The translations under genes were made by a program, and so were the position numbers. Below the pieces are notes generated by a model. That model had not been told where the DNA came from. It did no database searches and saw only the letters and a list, made by a program, of their open reading frames with translations. Below are positions 23,779 to 32,766 of a stretch of 64,000 nt of DNA, in pieces. The first letter of the stretch is position 1; the number at the start of each line of letters is the position of its first letter. Origin of the DNA: Escherichia coli (lineage in GTDB: Bacteria; Pseudomonadota; Gammaproteobacteria; Enterobacterales; Enterobacteriaceae); assembly GCF_044324875.1 (NCBI RefSeq), contig NZ_CP172185.1, one strand, 5' to 3'.

Positions 23779-25455
23779 TTACTCCTTGTCCTGGACTTCC
23801 GGCAGTTGCCAGAAATCGAAAAAATTAAACCAGTCGAGGGGCGACTGGAGCGCGTAATGTTCCAGACGCGCGGCGTAATGATCGATAGCGTTTTGCAGCG
23901 CCTGCTGGCGTTCGCCACGCGGCAACAGCAGCGGGTCGGCAAAGGTTTCGCAGTGAATATGCAGCTTGCCGTGCTGGCGCAGGGCGAAAATCAGATTCAC
24001 CGGGCAGCGCAAAATAGACGCAAGAATAAACGGCCCCTGTGGGAAAGGCGCAGGCTGGCCCATAAACGGACTCCAGCAGACGCGCCAGTCGCCGCCGCGT
24101 TGCGGGTTGACGGCGATGCGGTCACCGACAATCGCCACCCATTCGCCGTTATCCAGCTTCTCTTTCAGCAGGATGGCGGTTTCCGGGCCGATATCTGTTA
24201 CCGGGAGCAGGTTGATGCCTGCCTGCGGGGCCATCTCCTGCATTATCTGTTTAAAGCGTTGGGCGTTTTCGCTAAACACCAGCGCGTTAATGGTTTTGTA
24301 GCCCTGAATTTTTGCCAGCGCCCGGCACACTTCCACATCGCCAAGATGCGAGGCCAGCAGCAATTTGCCGCGCGGATCGCTGACGTTAAGTGCCGCTTCT
24401 GCGCCTGGTGCAAACAGCACATCACGCCCGAGTTGCAGCTCGCCGCGCCAGCTGGCGATTTTGTCGAGCATGGCGTTGCCGAAACGTAGAAAATGCTGAT
24501 AGCTGTTGAGTTTTGCTGCCTGTGGTTGTTGTTGGCGCACACGGGCGAGCCAGTCTTGCGACGCTTTACGTGCACGAGCAGCGGTGAGCCAGTAGACGCC
24601 CACCACCGGGTAAAGCAGCGCGGTAAACGCAGTTCTTCCCAGCAGACGCCAGACCAGCAGCATCAGGCGCATTCCCCATAACCCTTTCACTTCGCTCTGC
24701 CGCGCCCAGTGGCTGGAAGAGTGGCGCATCAGCAGTGAAGGAATACGCGGCAACATGCCGAAAAACAGACGTGTGTGCATCAGCGAGATGCGGACGTTAT
24801 CTTTCAGGGCATCAAAATGCGAAAGCCCGTCCAGCGGATAGGTGACGCGGGTCGGCACGAAATAACTGGTATTTCCCTGCCAGTAGAGGCGCACCATCAC
24901 TTCGGTGTCAAAATCCATCCGCTTGCCGATGGTAGCGTATTTTGCCAGTTGCAGCGTTGGCGCAACCGGATAAACGCGAAAGCCGCACATACTGTCTTTC
25001 AGTTGCAGGGAGAGCGTTTCGATCCATACCCACACGTGGGTGACCCAGCGCCCGTACAGCCGTGAGCGGGGGATGGAGTCATCGTAAATCGGCTGGCCGG
25101 AGATCAGCGCCGCAGGCTGCTGTTCAGCGAGTGCCAGCAGTTTAGGGATGTCTTCAATCGCGTGCTGACCGTCAGCATCCACCTGCACCGCATGGCTGAA
25201 GCCCGCGTCTGCCGCTGCCTGTAAGCCACGCATCACTGCCGCGCCTTTGCCTGCGTTTTCTGCCAGGCGAATTAAGGTCACGCCAGGCTGTTCGGCAACC
25301 AGATTATCCAGTTGCTGTTGCGTGGCGGCATCGCTGCCGTCATCCACTACAATACAGGGCAGATTAAATGGCTTAAGACGCGCCAGCACGCCCGGCATCA
25401 TCGCGCCGTGGTTGTAGCAGGGGATCAACACGCAGGGAGAAAAGTTTACCGACAT
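23779..25455 (-). CDS. Bifunctional glycosyltransferase family 2 / lipid A-type acyltransferase fusion (ApeJ-like)
   Basis: 558 aa: N-terminal GT-A fold features (VDDGSDAAT, DADGQH) followed by a C-terminal domain resembling lauroyl/myristoyl (HtrB/LpxL-type) acyltransferases. Confidence 0.7.
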   Translation of the reverse strand: MSVNFSPCVLIPCYNHGAMMPGVLARLKPFNLPCIVVDDGSDAATQQQLDNLVAEQPGVTLIRLAENAGKGAAVMRGLQAAADAGFSHAVQVDADGQHAIEDIPKLLALAEQQPAALISGQPIYDDSIPRSRLYGRWVTHVWVWIETLSLQLKDSMCGFRVYPVAPTLQLAKYATIGKRMDFDTEVMVRLYWQGNTSYFVPTRVTYPLDGLSHFDALKDNVRISLMHTRLFFGMLPRIPSLLMRHSSSHWARQSEVKGLWGMRLMLLVWRLLGRTAFTALLYPVVGVYWLTAARARKASQDWLARVRQQQPQAAKLNSYQHFLRFGNAMLDKIASWRGELQLGRDVLFAPGAEAALNVSDPRGKLLLASHLGDVEVCRALAKIQGYKTINALVFSENAQRFKQIMQEMAPQAGINLLPVTDIGPETAILLKEKLDNGEWVAIVGDRIAVNPQRGGDWRVCWSPFMGQPAPFPQGPFILASILRCPVNLIFALRQHGKLHIHCETFADPLLLPRGERQQALQNAIDHYAARLEHYALQSPLDWFNFFDFWQLPEVQDKE

Positions 25456-25829
25456 AGGCGGATCTTCCCGCTACTGGCGGTGTGGCGGGCGTCACCGTCG
25501 TGACGCTGATAGCTAAAGCTCAGAATCTGGCGTTCTTCCTGCCAGTTAAGCGTGAGCGTGACGCGGTTGTCCGGCAGCAACGGGGACTGGAATTTGATGT
25601 TCTGAATAGAGTGAAAACGCCAGCCAGGCGCGAGCAGAGTGAGCGCGTAGCTCATCGCCCAGTCGATTTGTGCAACTCCTGGGAGTAACGGCTGCACGGC
25701 AAAATGGCCGCGAAACCAGAACAGATCTGCCCTGAGATGCAAAACAATCTCAAGGTGATTCGCTTGTGCCTGATGGCGCTCGATTTCATGGGGCTTCATG
25801 AAATAACTCCTGTAATTGCGCATAGACAC
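25446..25829 (-). CDS. Hotdog-fold dehydratase (ApeI-like)
   Basis: 127-aa hotdog-like protein overlapping both neighbours. Confidence 0.6.
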   Translation of the reverse strand: MSMRNYRSYFMKPHEIERHQAQANHLEIVLHLRADLFWFRGHFAVQPLLPGVAQIDWAMSYALTLLAPGWRFHSIQNIKFQSPLLPDNRVTLTLNWQEERQILSFSYQRHDGDARHTASSGKIRLCR

Positions 25830-27147
25830 GCTTGTTCATACTGTTTACTGGCATTTCATCAATAACGCGCCAGTAACGCGGAATAGCAACTGGCTCCAGC
25901 GTCGGGCGCAGTAATCGCCGCCAGGTCATTTCCTGGCTATGCCCGCCGCCGTTCTGCCATTGCAGGCGAGCTTCGTCATCCAGCACCAGCAAAACGCCGA
26001 TGCTCTGACGCCCGCCGCGCGTAACGGGAACTGCCGCCGCCTCGCGAATGCCGTCCAGCGCCAGCAGACGTTGTTCTACTTCCTGCAGAGAAATACGTTT
26101 TTCTTCAATCTTAACGATGCGCCCACGACGCCCCATCAGATGGAACTGACCGTCCTGGCTAAACTGCAAGAGATCATCGAGTAACAGGCCGTTATCTTCC
26201 GCTATCAGCGGTGAAAAGAGACGAAATGCTTCACCTTCGGCCTGGAAGTGCATACCTGGAAAGGGCAGCCAGCGGCGTTGCTCTTGTTCGCGGTAACGCC
26301 AGGCAATGACGCCGGTTTCCGTGCTGCCGTAGATTTCATCAGGCCAGACGCGCAGCCAGCTCGCGGTGTGTTTTACGTCCTGCCACGGCAGCTCACCGCC
26401 AGCAGAGAGAAGCACCTGAACGGGCGGCGGAGAAAGCTGGGTATCCAGCCGTTTCAAAAATGCCGGGCTGCTGATGAAGATATAGCGATGCTGGTGACTC
26501 AATGCGGCAAACTGTTCGACATACCAGAGCATGGCGGCGTGCAGCGGTAATCCCAGCGCCATTGGCAGGAAAACGCGAAAAGTCAGGCCGTACAGATGCT
26601 GCGGCAATACGGAACCGACGACACGACATCCGGCAAGACGTGCGCCTAATCGTTCAGCCAGCAGTTCTGCTTCACGGTCCAGCAAATGAACAGGTTTAAT
26701 TACCCGCTTTGGCTGCCCCGTAGAACCGGAGGTAAATAGCTCGATATAAGCGTCTGGCGCTATAGCGGCAAAGGTGAATGATTGTGTCGCGACTTGTGGG
26801 GAACTTGCTACCAACAGCAATGAACCTTGCCAGTTAAGATCGCTGTCGCTAAGTACACCATCGAACAGTTCACGTTGTTCATTAAGCTGGATGACACGGT
26901 TATGCCCCGGAAGCACCGGCGTTTTTCCGGCGTGTAGCGTGGCAAGCAGGGCAACGATAAACAAATAACTGTTCTCAAAGCACAGCGCCCAGCGTTCACC
27001 CGGCTGTTGCTGCAAGCGGCAGATAAGTTGCGCGACATCGTGACGCAAATCGCCCAGTGTCCACGAGCTTTCGTCCAGCCACGCAATGGGCGTGTCATCA
27101 GGGCGTGGCGCAGTCAGCCAGCGTGCAAGCGGTAAGGTCTGCTTCAT
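25786..27147 (-). CDS. AMP-dependent synthetase/ligase, acyl-ACP synthetase-like (ApeH-like, likely aryl starter activation)
   Basis: Adenylate-forming enzyme motifs (TSGSTGQPK AMP-binding motif); start set at the ATG at 27147, immediately after the upstream gene stop, rather than the ORF-track start at 27186. Confidence 0.75.
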   Translation of the reverse strand: MKQTLPLARWLTAPRPDDTPIAWLDESSWTLGDLRHDVAQLICRLQQQPGERWALCFENSYLFIVALLATLHAGKTPVLPGHNRVIQLNEQRELFDGVLSDSDLNWQGSLLLVASSPQVATQSFTFAAIAPDAYIELFTSGSTGQPKRVIKPVHLLDREAELLAERLGARLAGCRVVGSVLPQHLYGLTFRVFLPMALGLPLHAAMLWYVEQFAALSHQHRYIFISSPAFLKRLDTQLSPPPVQVLLSAGGELPWQDVKHTASWLRVWPDEIYGSTETGVIAWRYREQEQRRWLPFPGMHFQAEGEAFRLFSPLIAEDNGLLLDDLLQFSQDGQFHLMGRRGRIVKIEEKRISLQEVEQRLLALDGIREAAAVPVTRGGRQSIGVLLVLDDEARLQWQNGGGHSQEMTWRRLLRPTLEPVAIPRYWRVIDEMPVNSMNKRVYAQLQELFHEAP

Positions 27148-27725
27148 GAGCGATCTCTTTTTATCACCTGACGGCGCACCAGCCATTCACCTGCCATTAA
27201 CGTTCCCATCAAAAAATAAGCAATCATGCCGTTCCAGGCGGTCCATAACGACATATCGCCATAAAGCGCGGTAAAGAGGGCAATTCCGCCGTTAATGATG
27301 AAAAAGCCGCACCAGATTTGCGTGACACGGCGGGTATAGCGCACGCCCTTTTCCGGGAGGTCTGGCTCCTGCAAACGTGCCAGCCGCTCAACTATCGGCA
27401 TTGTCGACCACAGCGAACCGCCAAAAACCGCCAGCATGATCGCGTTAACCACTACCGGGTAAAACAGCAGTAGCTGGTGCGTTTTCAACAGAAAGCTGGC
27501 GACACACAATGCGATGCCCACGACAGCGACGATTTGTGTGACGGCTTGTAGCGGCCCCGCCCGGCGACGGGTCTGGCGCAGGCGCAACAATAGCAGCAAC
27601 GCTATTAGCGGCAACAACCAGTGCAGGCCGTTATGCGCCAGGCCAAACCAAATCACAAACGGCCAGGCGAGCAGCAATAATCCAGTCAGCAGCTTAATCA
27701 TCGGTAGCGAGCGAATGCCCGACAT
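27144..27725 (-). CDS. Integral membrane protein of the cluster (ApeG-like)
   Basis: 193-aa hydrophobic protein with several predicted transmembrane helices. Confidence 0.6.
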   Translation of the reverse strand: MSGIRSLPMIKLLTGLLLLAWPFVIWFGLAHNGLHWLLPLIALLLLLRLRQTRRRAGPLQAVTQIVAVVGIALCVASFLLKTHQLLLFYPVVVNAIMLAVFGGSLWSTMPIVERLARLQEPDLPEKGVRYTRRVTQIWCGFFIINGGIALFTALYGDMSLWTAWNGMIAYFLMGTLMAGEWLVRRQVIKRDRS

Positions 27726-27729
27726 CAGA

Positions 27730-27981
27730 TCAGGCTTCTTGTAGCAGGCGTTCTACAGCCTCTACGACATCCTGAACTGTGCGCACTGCTTTAAACTCTT
27801 CCGGCTTGATTTTCTTACCGGTTTTCTTTTGCAGGTGCACAATCATGTCAACGGCGTCGATGCTGTCCAGTTCCAGATCTTCGTACAGGCGCGCTTCAGG
27901 TTTGATGTCCTGCGGATCGATTTCAAACAGCTTAACCAGCAGGGCTGAGACTTCCTGATAGACGGTTTGTTGTTCTGTCAT
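27730..27981 (-). CDS. Acyl carrier protein (second of a tandem pair; ApeF-like)
   Basis: 83-aa protein with the phosphopantetheine attachment motif LELDSIDAVD. Confidence 0.85.
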   Translation of the reverse strand: MTEQQTVYQEVSALLVKLFEIDPQDIKPEARLYEDLELDSIDAVDMIVHLQKKTGKKIKPEEFKAVRTVQDVVEAVERLLQEA

Positions 27982-27992
27982 GATGGCTTTCC

Positions 27993-28250
27993 TCAGGCGC
28001 GTTGCGCAGCAATGAAAGAGGCCAGAGTGGCGACGGAGAAAAAGTGCTGACGCATCTCTTCGCTTTCGGCTGAGAGCACCACGCCGTACTCATTTTTTAC
28101 TGCCAGTCCCAGTTCCAGGGCATCGATGGAATCCAGTCCTAAACCGTCGCCGAACAGCGGCGCATCGGTCTCGATATCATCAGGAGTCAACTCGTCCAGA
28201 TTGAGGGTGCTGATGATGAGGTTTTTAATTTCCAGATAAAGCGCTTGCAT
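27993..28250 (-). CDS. Acyl carrier protein (first of a tandem pair; ApeE-like)
   Basis: 85-aa protein with motif LGLDSIDALEL around the conserved Ser. Confidence 0.85.
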   Translation of the reverse strand: MQALYLEIKNLIISTLNLDELTPDDIETDAPLFGDGLGLDSIDALELGLAVKNEYGVVLSAESEEMRQHFFSVATLASFIAAQRA

Positions 28251-29064
28251 TATTTATTCCTGAGAGAGGTAAACAACCTTGTTGTAATAGAAGCAAAAGA
28301 TGCCGGTTTAACTGCCTTGCTGCCAGCGCCGGTTCTTGTGAAGTTGCATCGTAAAATTTATTGATTTCAACCCGACCATGGACTTCAACCGTAAAAAACG
28401 GCCGGTCAGGTGGAACGTCATACCATTTACTTTGTTTATCCAGCAGATGCTCGCTACAGCCGATCGTCACGATGCGTAAATCGCTGGCACAGCGCACGGC
28501 AATATTCGCCGCCCCGCGCTGCAGCGTCATTTTTTCACCGGGCTTCGTTCGCGTGCCTTCGGGGAAAATCAGGATAGTGTCACCCTGTGCCAGTCGCTGT
28601 TGGCAGCGGGGTAACAGGGTTTCAGCTTCGCTGTTGATTAAATAATCTACCGCCCGCACGACGCCGCCAAGAAAAGGATTTTTTAACAGCGCGCTTTTCA
28701 CCAGGCAGTCAGTTTCTGGCATGACTGACGCCAGCAGCACGTAATCGATCAGCGTGGGATGATTGGCTACGACGAGGCAACCGCGTTCCTGACGTAAAAT
28801 TTCAGCGCCATCAATACGATAATCCAGCACGCCAAGCCCTTTCGCGACAGTTAAAAACAGGCGAAAACTGGCGGCAATGCTGCGACGCGCCAAACGACGG
28901 CGGCGGGAAGTATCCCACACCAAAACTAACAATATGTTAAACCACACGACAGAAAGCAGCAGGCCGCCGAGACCAAACAGGGCAAAACATAACCCGGTCA
29001 TGACCAGTCGCCAGGTCCACTCCAGACGTGACATCAGCTTACTCATCTGCGGCTCCAGCGCCAT
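28225..29064 (-). CDS. Lysophospholipid acyltransferase family protein (PlsC/LPLAT-like; ApeD-like)
   Basis: N-terminal transmembrane segment and acyltransferase motifs (NHPTLIDY, FPEGTR). Confidence 0.75.
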   Translation of the reverse strand: MALEPQMSKLMSRLEWTWRLVMTGLCFALFGLGGLLLSVVWFNILLVLVWDTSRRRRLARRSIAASFRLFLTVAKGLGVLDYRIDGAEILRQERGCLVVANHPTLIDYVLLASVMPETDCLVKSALLKNPFLGGVVRAVDYLINSEAETLLPRCQQRLAQGDTILIFPEGTRTKPGEKMTLQRGAANIAVRCASDLRIVTIGCSEHLLDKQSKWYDVPPDRPFFTVEVHGRVEINKFYDATSQEPALAARQLNRHLLLLLQQGCLPLSGINNASALSGN

Positions 29065-29789
29065 TGCACGCGCTCGCCAGGCAGTGAAAATGCGTCTGCA
29101 TTTTGTAAATAATGCTGTAAAAACAACATGCTTTGCGGCAGTGATGTTTCATTGCCCGCAATGGCTGACTGCGTTTCACATTGCCAGTCATCGCCAGATT
29201 CAATCACCAGCGCGACGGCGTACGGCCAGGTCGGCATTTCTGATGGCAGTTGTGGGTGATAAAACTCGGGCAGAAAACCGTCAAAATCGACCATCAACAC
29301 GCGCTGGTATCCCGCTTGTAACAGGCTAAGCACTTCACACAAACCTTGCTGGAAAGTGTCGCGACCAGCAGAAAGCGATGACGAAACTATCGGCTGTTTG
29401 GCCGCAATGGTCAGGTTACCCACGGAAGAGTTGTGTACGGAGAGCGCGAAGTCGGTCGGAGAAAGCGCCTGTTCGGTTGCCAGTGCATGAACAATGCGGT
29501 AATTGCGCTCCAGTTCGCCATGACGACTGGTATACAAAACGGCGTCTGGCTGATGGCGGCGTAGCATTGCCAGACCGCATTCAACAGCCAGTTTGCTGCC
29601 TGAACTAAGGCGGCGGGCGGTCATCATTGGCAGTTCACTTAATTTTGCCAACGGCGCGGCAGGGTCAATCGCCCACGGCTGGCGCGACCATGCTTGCCAT
29701 TGCTGCGCTTCGCTAAGTCCAGGCGCCAGTGCCTGCCAGTCGGTAATATTTAATGTAAATTTCATCAACGCGCGCCCGCGGTAAACCAA
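29043..29789 (-). CDS. Ketosynthase-related protein lacking an obvious active-site Cys (chain-length-factor-like; ApeC-like)
   Basis: 248-aa protein with thiolase-fold similarity, shorter than a canonical KS; pairs with the upstream KS in this cluster type. Confidence 0.6.
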   Translation of the reverse strand: MVYRGRALMKFTLNITDWQALAPGLSEAQQWQAWSRQPWAIDPAAPLAKLSELPMMTARRLSSGSKLAVECGLAMLRRHQPDAVLYTSRHGELERNYRIVHALATEQALSPTDFALSVHNSSVGNLTIAAKQPIVSSSLSAGRDTFQQGLCEVLSLLQAGYQRVLMVDFDGFLPEFYHPQLPSEMPTWPYAVALVIESGDDWQCETQSAIAGNETSLPQSMLFLQHYLQNADAFSLPGERVQWRWSRR

Positions 29790-29805
29790 AATTATTAAGT
29801 GACGA

Positions 29806-30873
29806 TTATTTCTTTTGGCATATCAAAAGTGTATGCCCAACGCCTAAATTATCGTGGCGCTCTGCTACCTGGAATCCTGCTTTATTCAGATAGTCGTAAA
29901 ATTTCTCTGCACTATAGAAACGGCTGTTACCGTTTGCCATGCAGGTAAAATAAAGTGAGGACGCGTTCAGGCTAAATGATGCTGCTTCAAACCGCTGCGC
30001 ATCCCAGAACAACTCCATGATGCAAACTTTTGCGCCAGGCTTCATTACGCTGGCGATTTTGCTGAGTATGCTAATTATTTGTTCGGGTGAAAAACAGTCT
30101 AAAAATTGGCTCATCCACCAGATATCAGCCTCGCCCGGTAATGGGGCATCGCTTAGCATATCCACCGCATGGAAATCTATGCGATCAGAAAAACCTGCAT
30201 TCGCGATATTTTCTTTCGCTAGTACGATTTGTTGTGGCAGATCTAATAACGTCACGGCGATGTTTTCATTGTATTTGCAGCAACGCAAAGCCCACTTACC
30301 CGTATTGCCGCCTACATCGTACAATGTTGTGGGGTTGTTGGCGAATACATAAGGCAGTGCGGCGTTAAATGCGCCATCTGAATAGTAATGATCAAACGCA
30401 AACCAGCTTTCACGAGCGGCGTCTGGTAATTGTGAAAGTGCCGGATATATCGTCGACCAGTCGCCAAATACTTTTAACCCGGACGGTTTTCCTTCATTGA
30501 GTGAATCGGCGAGGAAGAAGAGCCCCTGGTAACAGACATCCTGGGTGAAATCCATATTCACGCGAGTCATAGTGTCATGCAGGAGGTAATGACCGATTTT
30601 CGCCAGGTAATACATTCCCTCTTTACAGGTAATAATTCGCCCGCTTAAGCCCATATCTAACAGAACGCTGGCCGCATATTCGTTGATATGGCTATGTTCG
30701 GTGATATCAGCCAGCGTTGCGCCATGTTTGCCTTGCCGATCCAGATATGAAAGTACACCCGCATTACGTAGGCAGAGTGCTGTTTGAAAAAGCATAGGGG
30801 CAAAGGCAATGCGTTGAGCTTCGGTAATCGCATCCAGTGCGCTAAGAGAATCCTGTTCGTACATGTTGGGCAC
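29806..30873 (-). CDS. SAM-dependent O-methyltransferase (ApeB-like)
   Basis: 355 aa with a class I methyltransferase Rossmann motif (LYDVGGNTG). The ORF-track start is a GTG at 30873; the ATG at 30864 is an alternative. Confidence 0.75.
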   Translation of the reverse strand: MPNMYEQDSLSALDAITEAQRIAFAPMLFQTALCLRNAGVLSYLDRQGKHGATLADITEHSHINEYAASVLLDMGLSGRIITCKEGMYYLAKIGHYLLHDTMTRVNMDFTQDVCYQGLFFLADSLNEGKPSGLKVFGDWSTIYPALSQLPDAARESWFAFDHYYSDGAFNAALPYVFANNPTTLYDVGGNTGKWALRCCKYNENIAVTLLDLPQQIVLAKENIANAGFSDRIDFHAVDMLSDAPLPGEADIWWMSQFLDCFSPEQIISILSKIASVMKPGAKVCIMELFWDAQRFEAASFSLNASSLYFTCMANGNSRFYSAEKFYDYLNKAGFQVAERHDNLGVGHTLLICQKK

Positions 30874-30932
30874 AACCTGTTAAGAGGGAATTAAATTATT
30901 ATCGGACCGCAGCGGCCCGACTTTAGGAAGAA

Positions 30933-31322
30933 TTATAAATCTGCGCCCGCTGACAAATTCAGTTGAATATCTTTGTCGAGATTGCGGACCCAGCGATTGT
31001 AGTTTTTATGAATTTGTCCGCCTGACGCTTGTAGGTTCTGGCTATTTTCATAATTGATATCGTAGCTGGATGCCGTGTAGTTAATGCGAATTTCGGCTGA
31101 ATGATCGCGTGACTGTTGACGTGCTTTAATTACGCCTTGTCCGGCTTCGGACATAATCCATTTGCGTTCAACGCCAGCTTTCAGAATCGCTTTTTTCACT
31201 TGTTCCTGGGTATGACCAGCGCTGACGGTTGAGTGAACCTGATCAATTGGCGCAGTACGCGCGCAACCCGCTAAAGCACCCACAACAGCAATAGCCGCAA
31301 ACCATTTCATGTAATGTCTCAT
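30933..31322 (-). CDS. Small lipoprotein, first gene of the cluster (ApeA-position)
   Basis: 129-aa ORF with signal peptide and lipobox LAGC; AT-rich promoter-like region upstream. Confidence 0.6.
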   Translation of the reverse strand: MRHYMKWFAAIAVVGALAGCARTAPIDQVHSTVSAGHTQEQVKKAILKAGVERKWIMSEAGQGVIKARQQSRDHSAEIRINYTASSYDINYENSQNLQASGGQIHKNYNRWVRNLDKDIQLNLSAGADL

Positions 31323-31651
31323 TAGAACCCCATTAAAGTATTGTTTTTACGAGTAAAGCAAGATTTAACTGTAATTGCTGGCATCACTATTCTTTATTTA
31401 GCGAAAAAATTACTTGTGAGATAAGTCAGTAAGTGCACATCAGAGTAAAAATTTCTGAAATGACTAAATTACTGCCAGCGGGGACCAACTATAAGTGAGT
31501 GAGAAAAATGAGGCAATAAAAATAACACAATGTTATCAGTGCATTCTTTGAGAAGGATTTAATCGCTATTCGGCGTTTATATATATTTGACTTAAGGAAT
31601 GGTTTTTATAAATTAATTGTCTGAATAATGTTTCTTCATTTCCTCAAATCA

Positions 31652-31682
31652 AATGGCCACTGTTAGATAAACGGTGGCCATT
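31652..31682 (-). terminator. Hairpin (AATGGCCAC ... GTGGCCATT) 20 bp downstream of the yhhT stop; candidate intrinsic terminator
   Basis: 9-bp perfect inverted repeat with 13-nt loop read from the sequence, followed on the transcribed strand by a T-rich tract. Confidence 0.4.
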
Positions 31683-32068
31683 GCCTGCTCAGGAGGTGCT
31701 ATTAACCCGGTAATCGACTTTTCGGTCTGCCCGGTCCCAGTAAAATCGCCAGTTTGCTACCGCCTTTGGTGGTTTCCATCCAGATTTTACACACGCTGGT
31801 TAATGGTACCGAAAGTAGCATCCCTACCGGGCCGAGCAGCCATCCCCAAATTAACAATGAAAGAAATACCACCATGGTGGACATCCCCAGGCGATGGCCC
31901 ATCATCCGTGGTTCTAAAATATTGCCGATGACCATATGGACCACTAAAAACAATGCGCCGACCAGAATACATTCGTAAACGCCATTAAACAGCAGCACCT
32001 GAATCATTGGCGGGGTGATGCTGCCAACTTACTGATTTAGTGTATGATGGTGTTTTTGAGGTGCTCCA

Positions 32069-32344
32069 GTGGCTTCTGTTTCTATCAGCTGTCCCTCCTG
32101 TTCAGCTACTGACGGGGTGGTGCGTAACGGCAAAAGCACCGCCGGACATCAGCGCTATCTCTGCTCTCACTGCCGTAAAACATGGCAACTGCAGTTCACT
32201 TACACCGCTTCTCAACCCGGTACGCACCAGAAAATCATTGATATGGCCATGAATGGCGTTGGATGCCGGGCAACTGCCCGCATTATGGGCGTTGGCCTCA
32301 ACACGATTTTACGTCACTTAAAAAACTCAGGCCGCAGTCGGTAA
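32069..32344 (+). CDS. insA: IS1 InsA protein
   Basis: 91-aa ORF starting [32 protein letters not shown] (zinc-finger/HTH region of InsA). Confidence 0.95.
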
Positions 32345-32766
32345 CCTCGCGCATACAGCCGGGCAGTGACGTCATCGTCTGCGCGGAAATGGACGAACAG
32401 TGGGGCTATGTCGGGGCTAAATCGCGCCAGCGCTGGCTGTTTTACGCGTATGACAGGCTCCGGAAGACGGTTGTTGCGCACGTATTCGGTGAACGCACTA
32501 TGGCGACGCTGGGGCGTCTTATGAGCCTGCTGTCACCCTTTGACGTGGTGATATGGATGACGGATGGCTGGCCACTGTATGAATCCCGCCTGAAGGGAAA
32601 GCTGCACGTAATCAGCAAGCGATATACGCAGCGAATTGAGCGGCATAACCTGAATCTGAGGCAGCACCTGGCACGGCTGGGACGGAAGTCGCTGTCGTTC
32701 TCAAAATCGGTGGAGCTGCATGACAAAGTCATCGGGCATTATCTGAACATAAAACACTATCAATAA
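32263..32766 (+). CDS. insB: IS1 InsB reading frame (expressed as the InsAB' transposase by -1 frameshifting)
   Basis: 167-aa frame overlapping insA in the -1 frame, ending IKHYQ; standard IS1 organisation. Confidence 0.9.

Noticed and set aside
23341-24489. 382-aa ORF on the plus strand opposite the thioesterase and GT-acyltransferase genes
   Set aside because: Despite its length it is antisense to two genes with clear domain signatures; translation is low-complexity and rich in Arg/Ala/His, consistent with a shadow ORF.
31674-32007. Short ORFs overlapping the yhhT C-terminal fragment and the IS1 boundary (31674..31931, 31754..31978, 31787..31972)
   Set aside because: They overlap the genuine C-terminal remnant of yhhT in other frames; the 31702..32007 frame is simply the yhhT 3' end truncated by IS1.
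32442-32732. 96-aa ORF antisense within IS1
   Set aside because: Lies inside the insB frame on the opposite strand; IS1 is known to encode only insA and insB/InsAB'.
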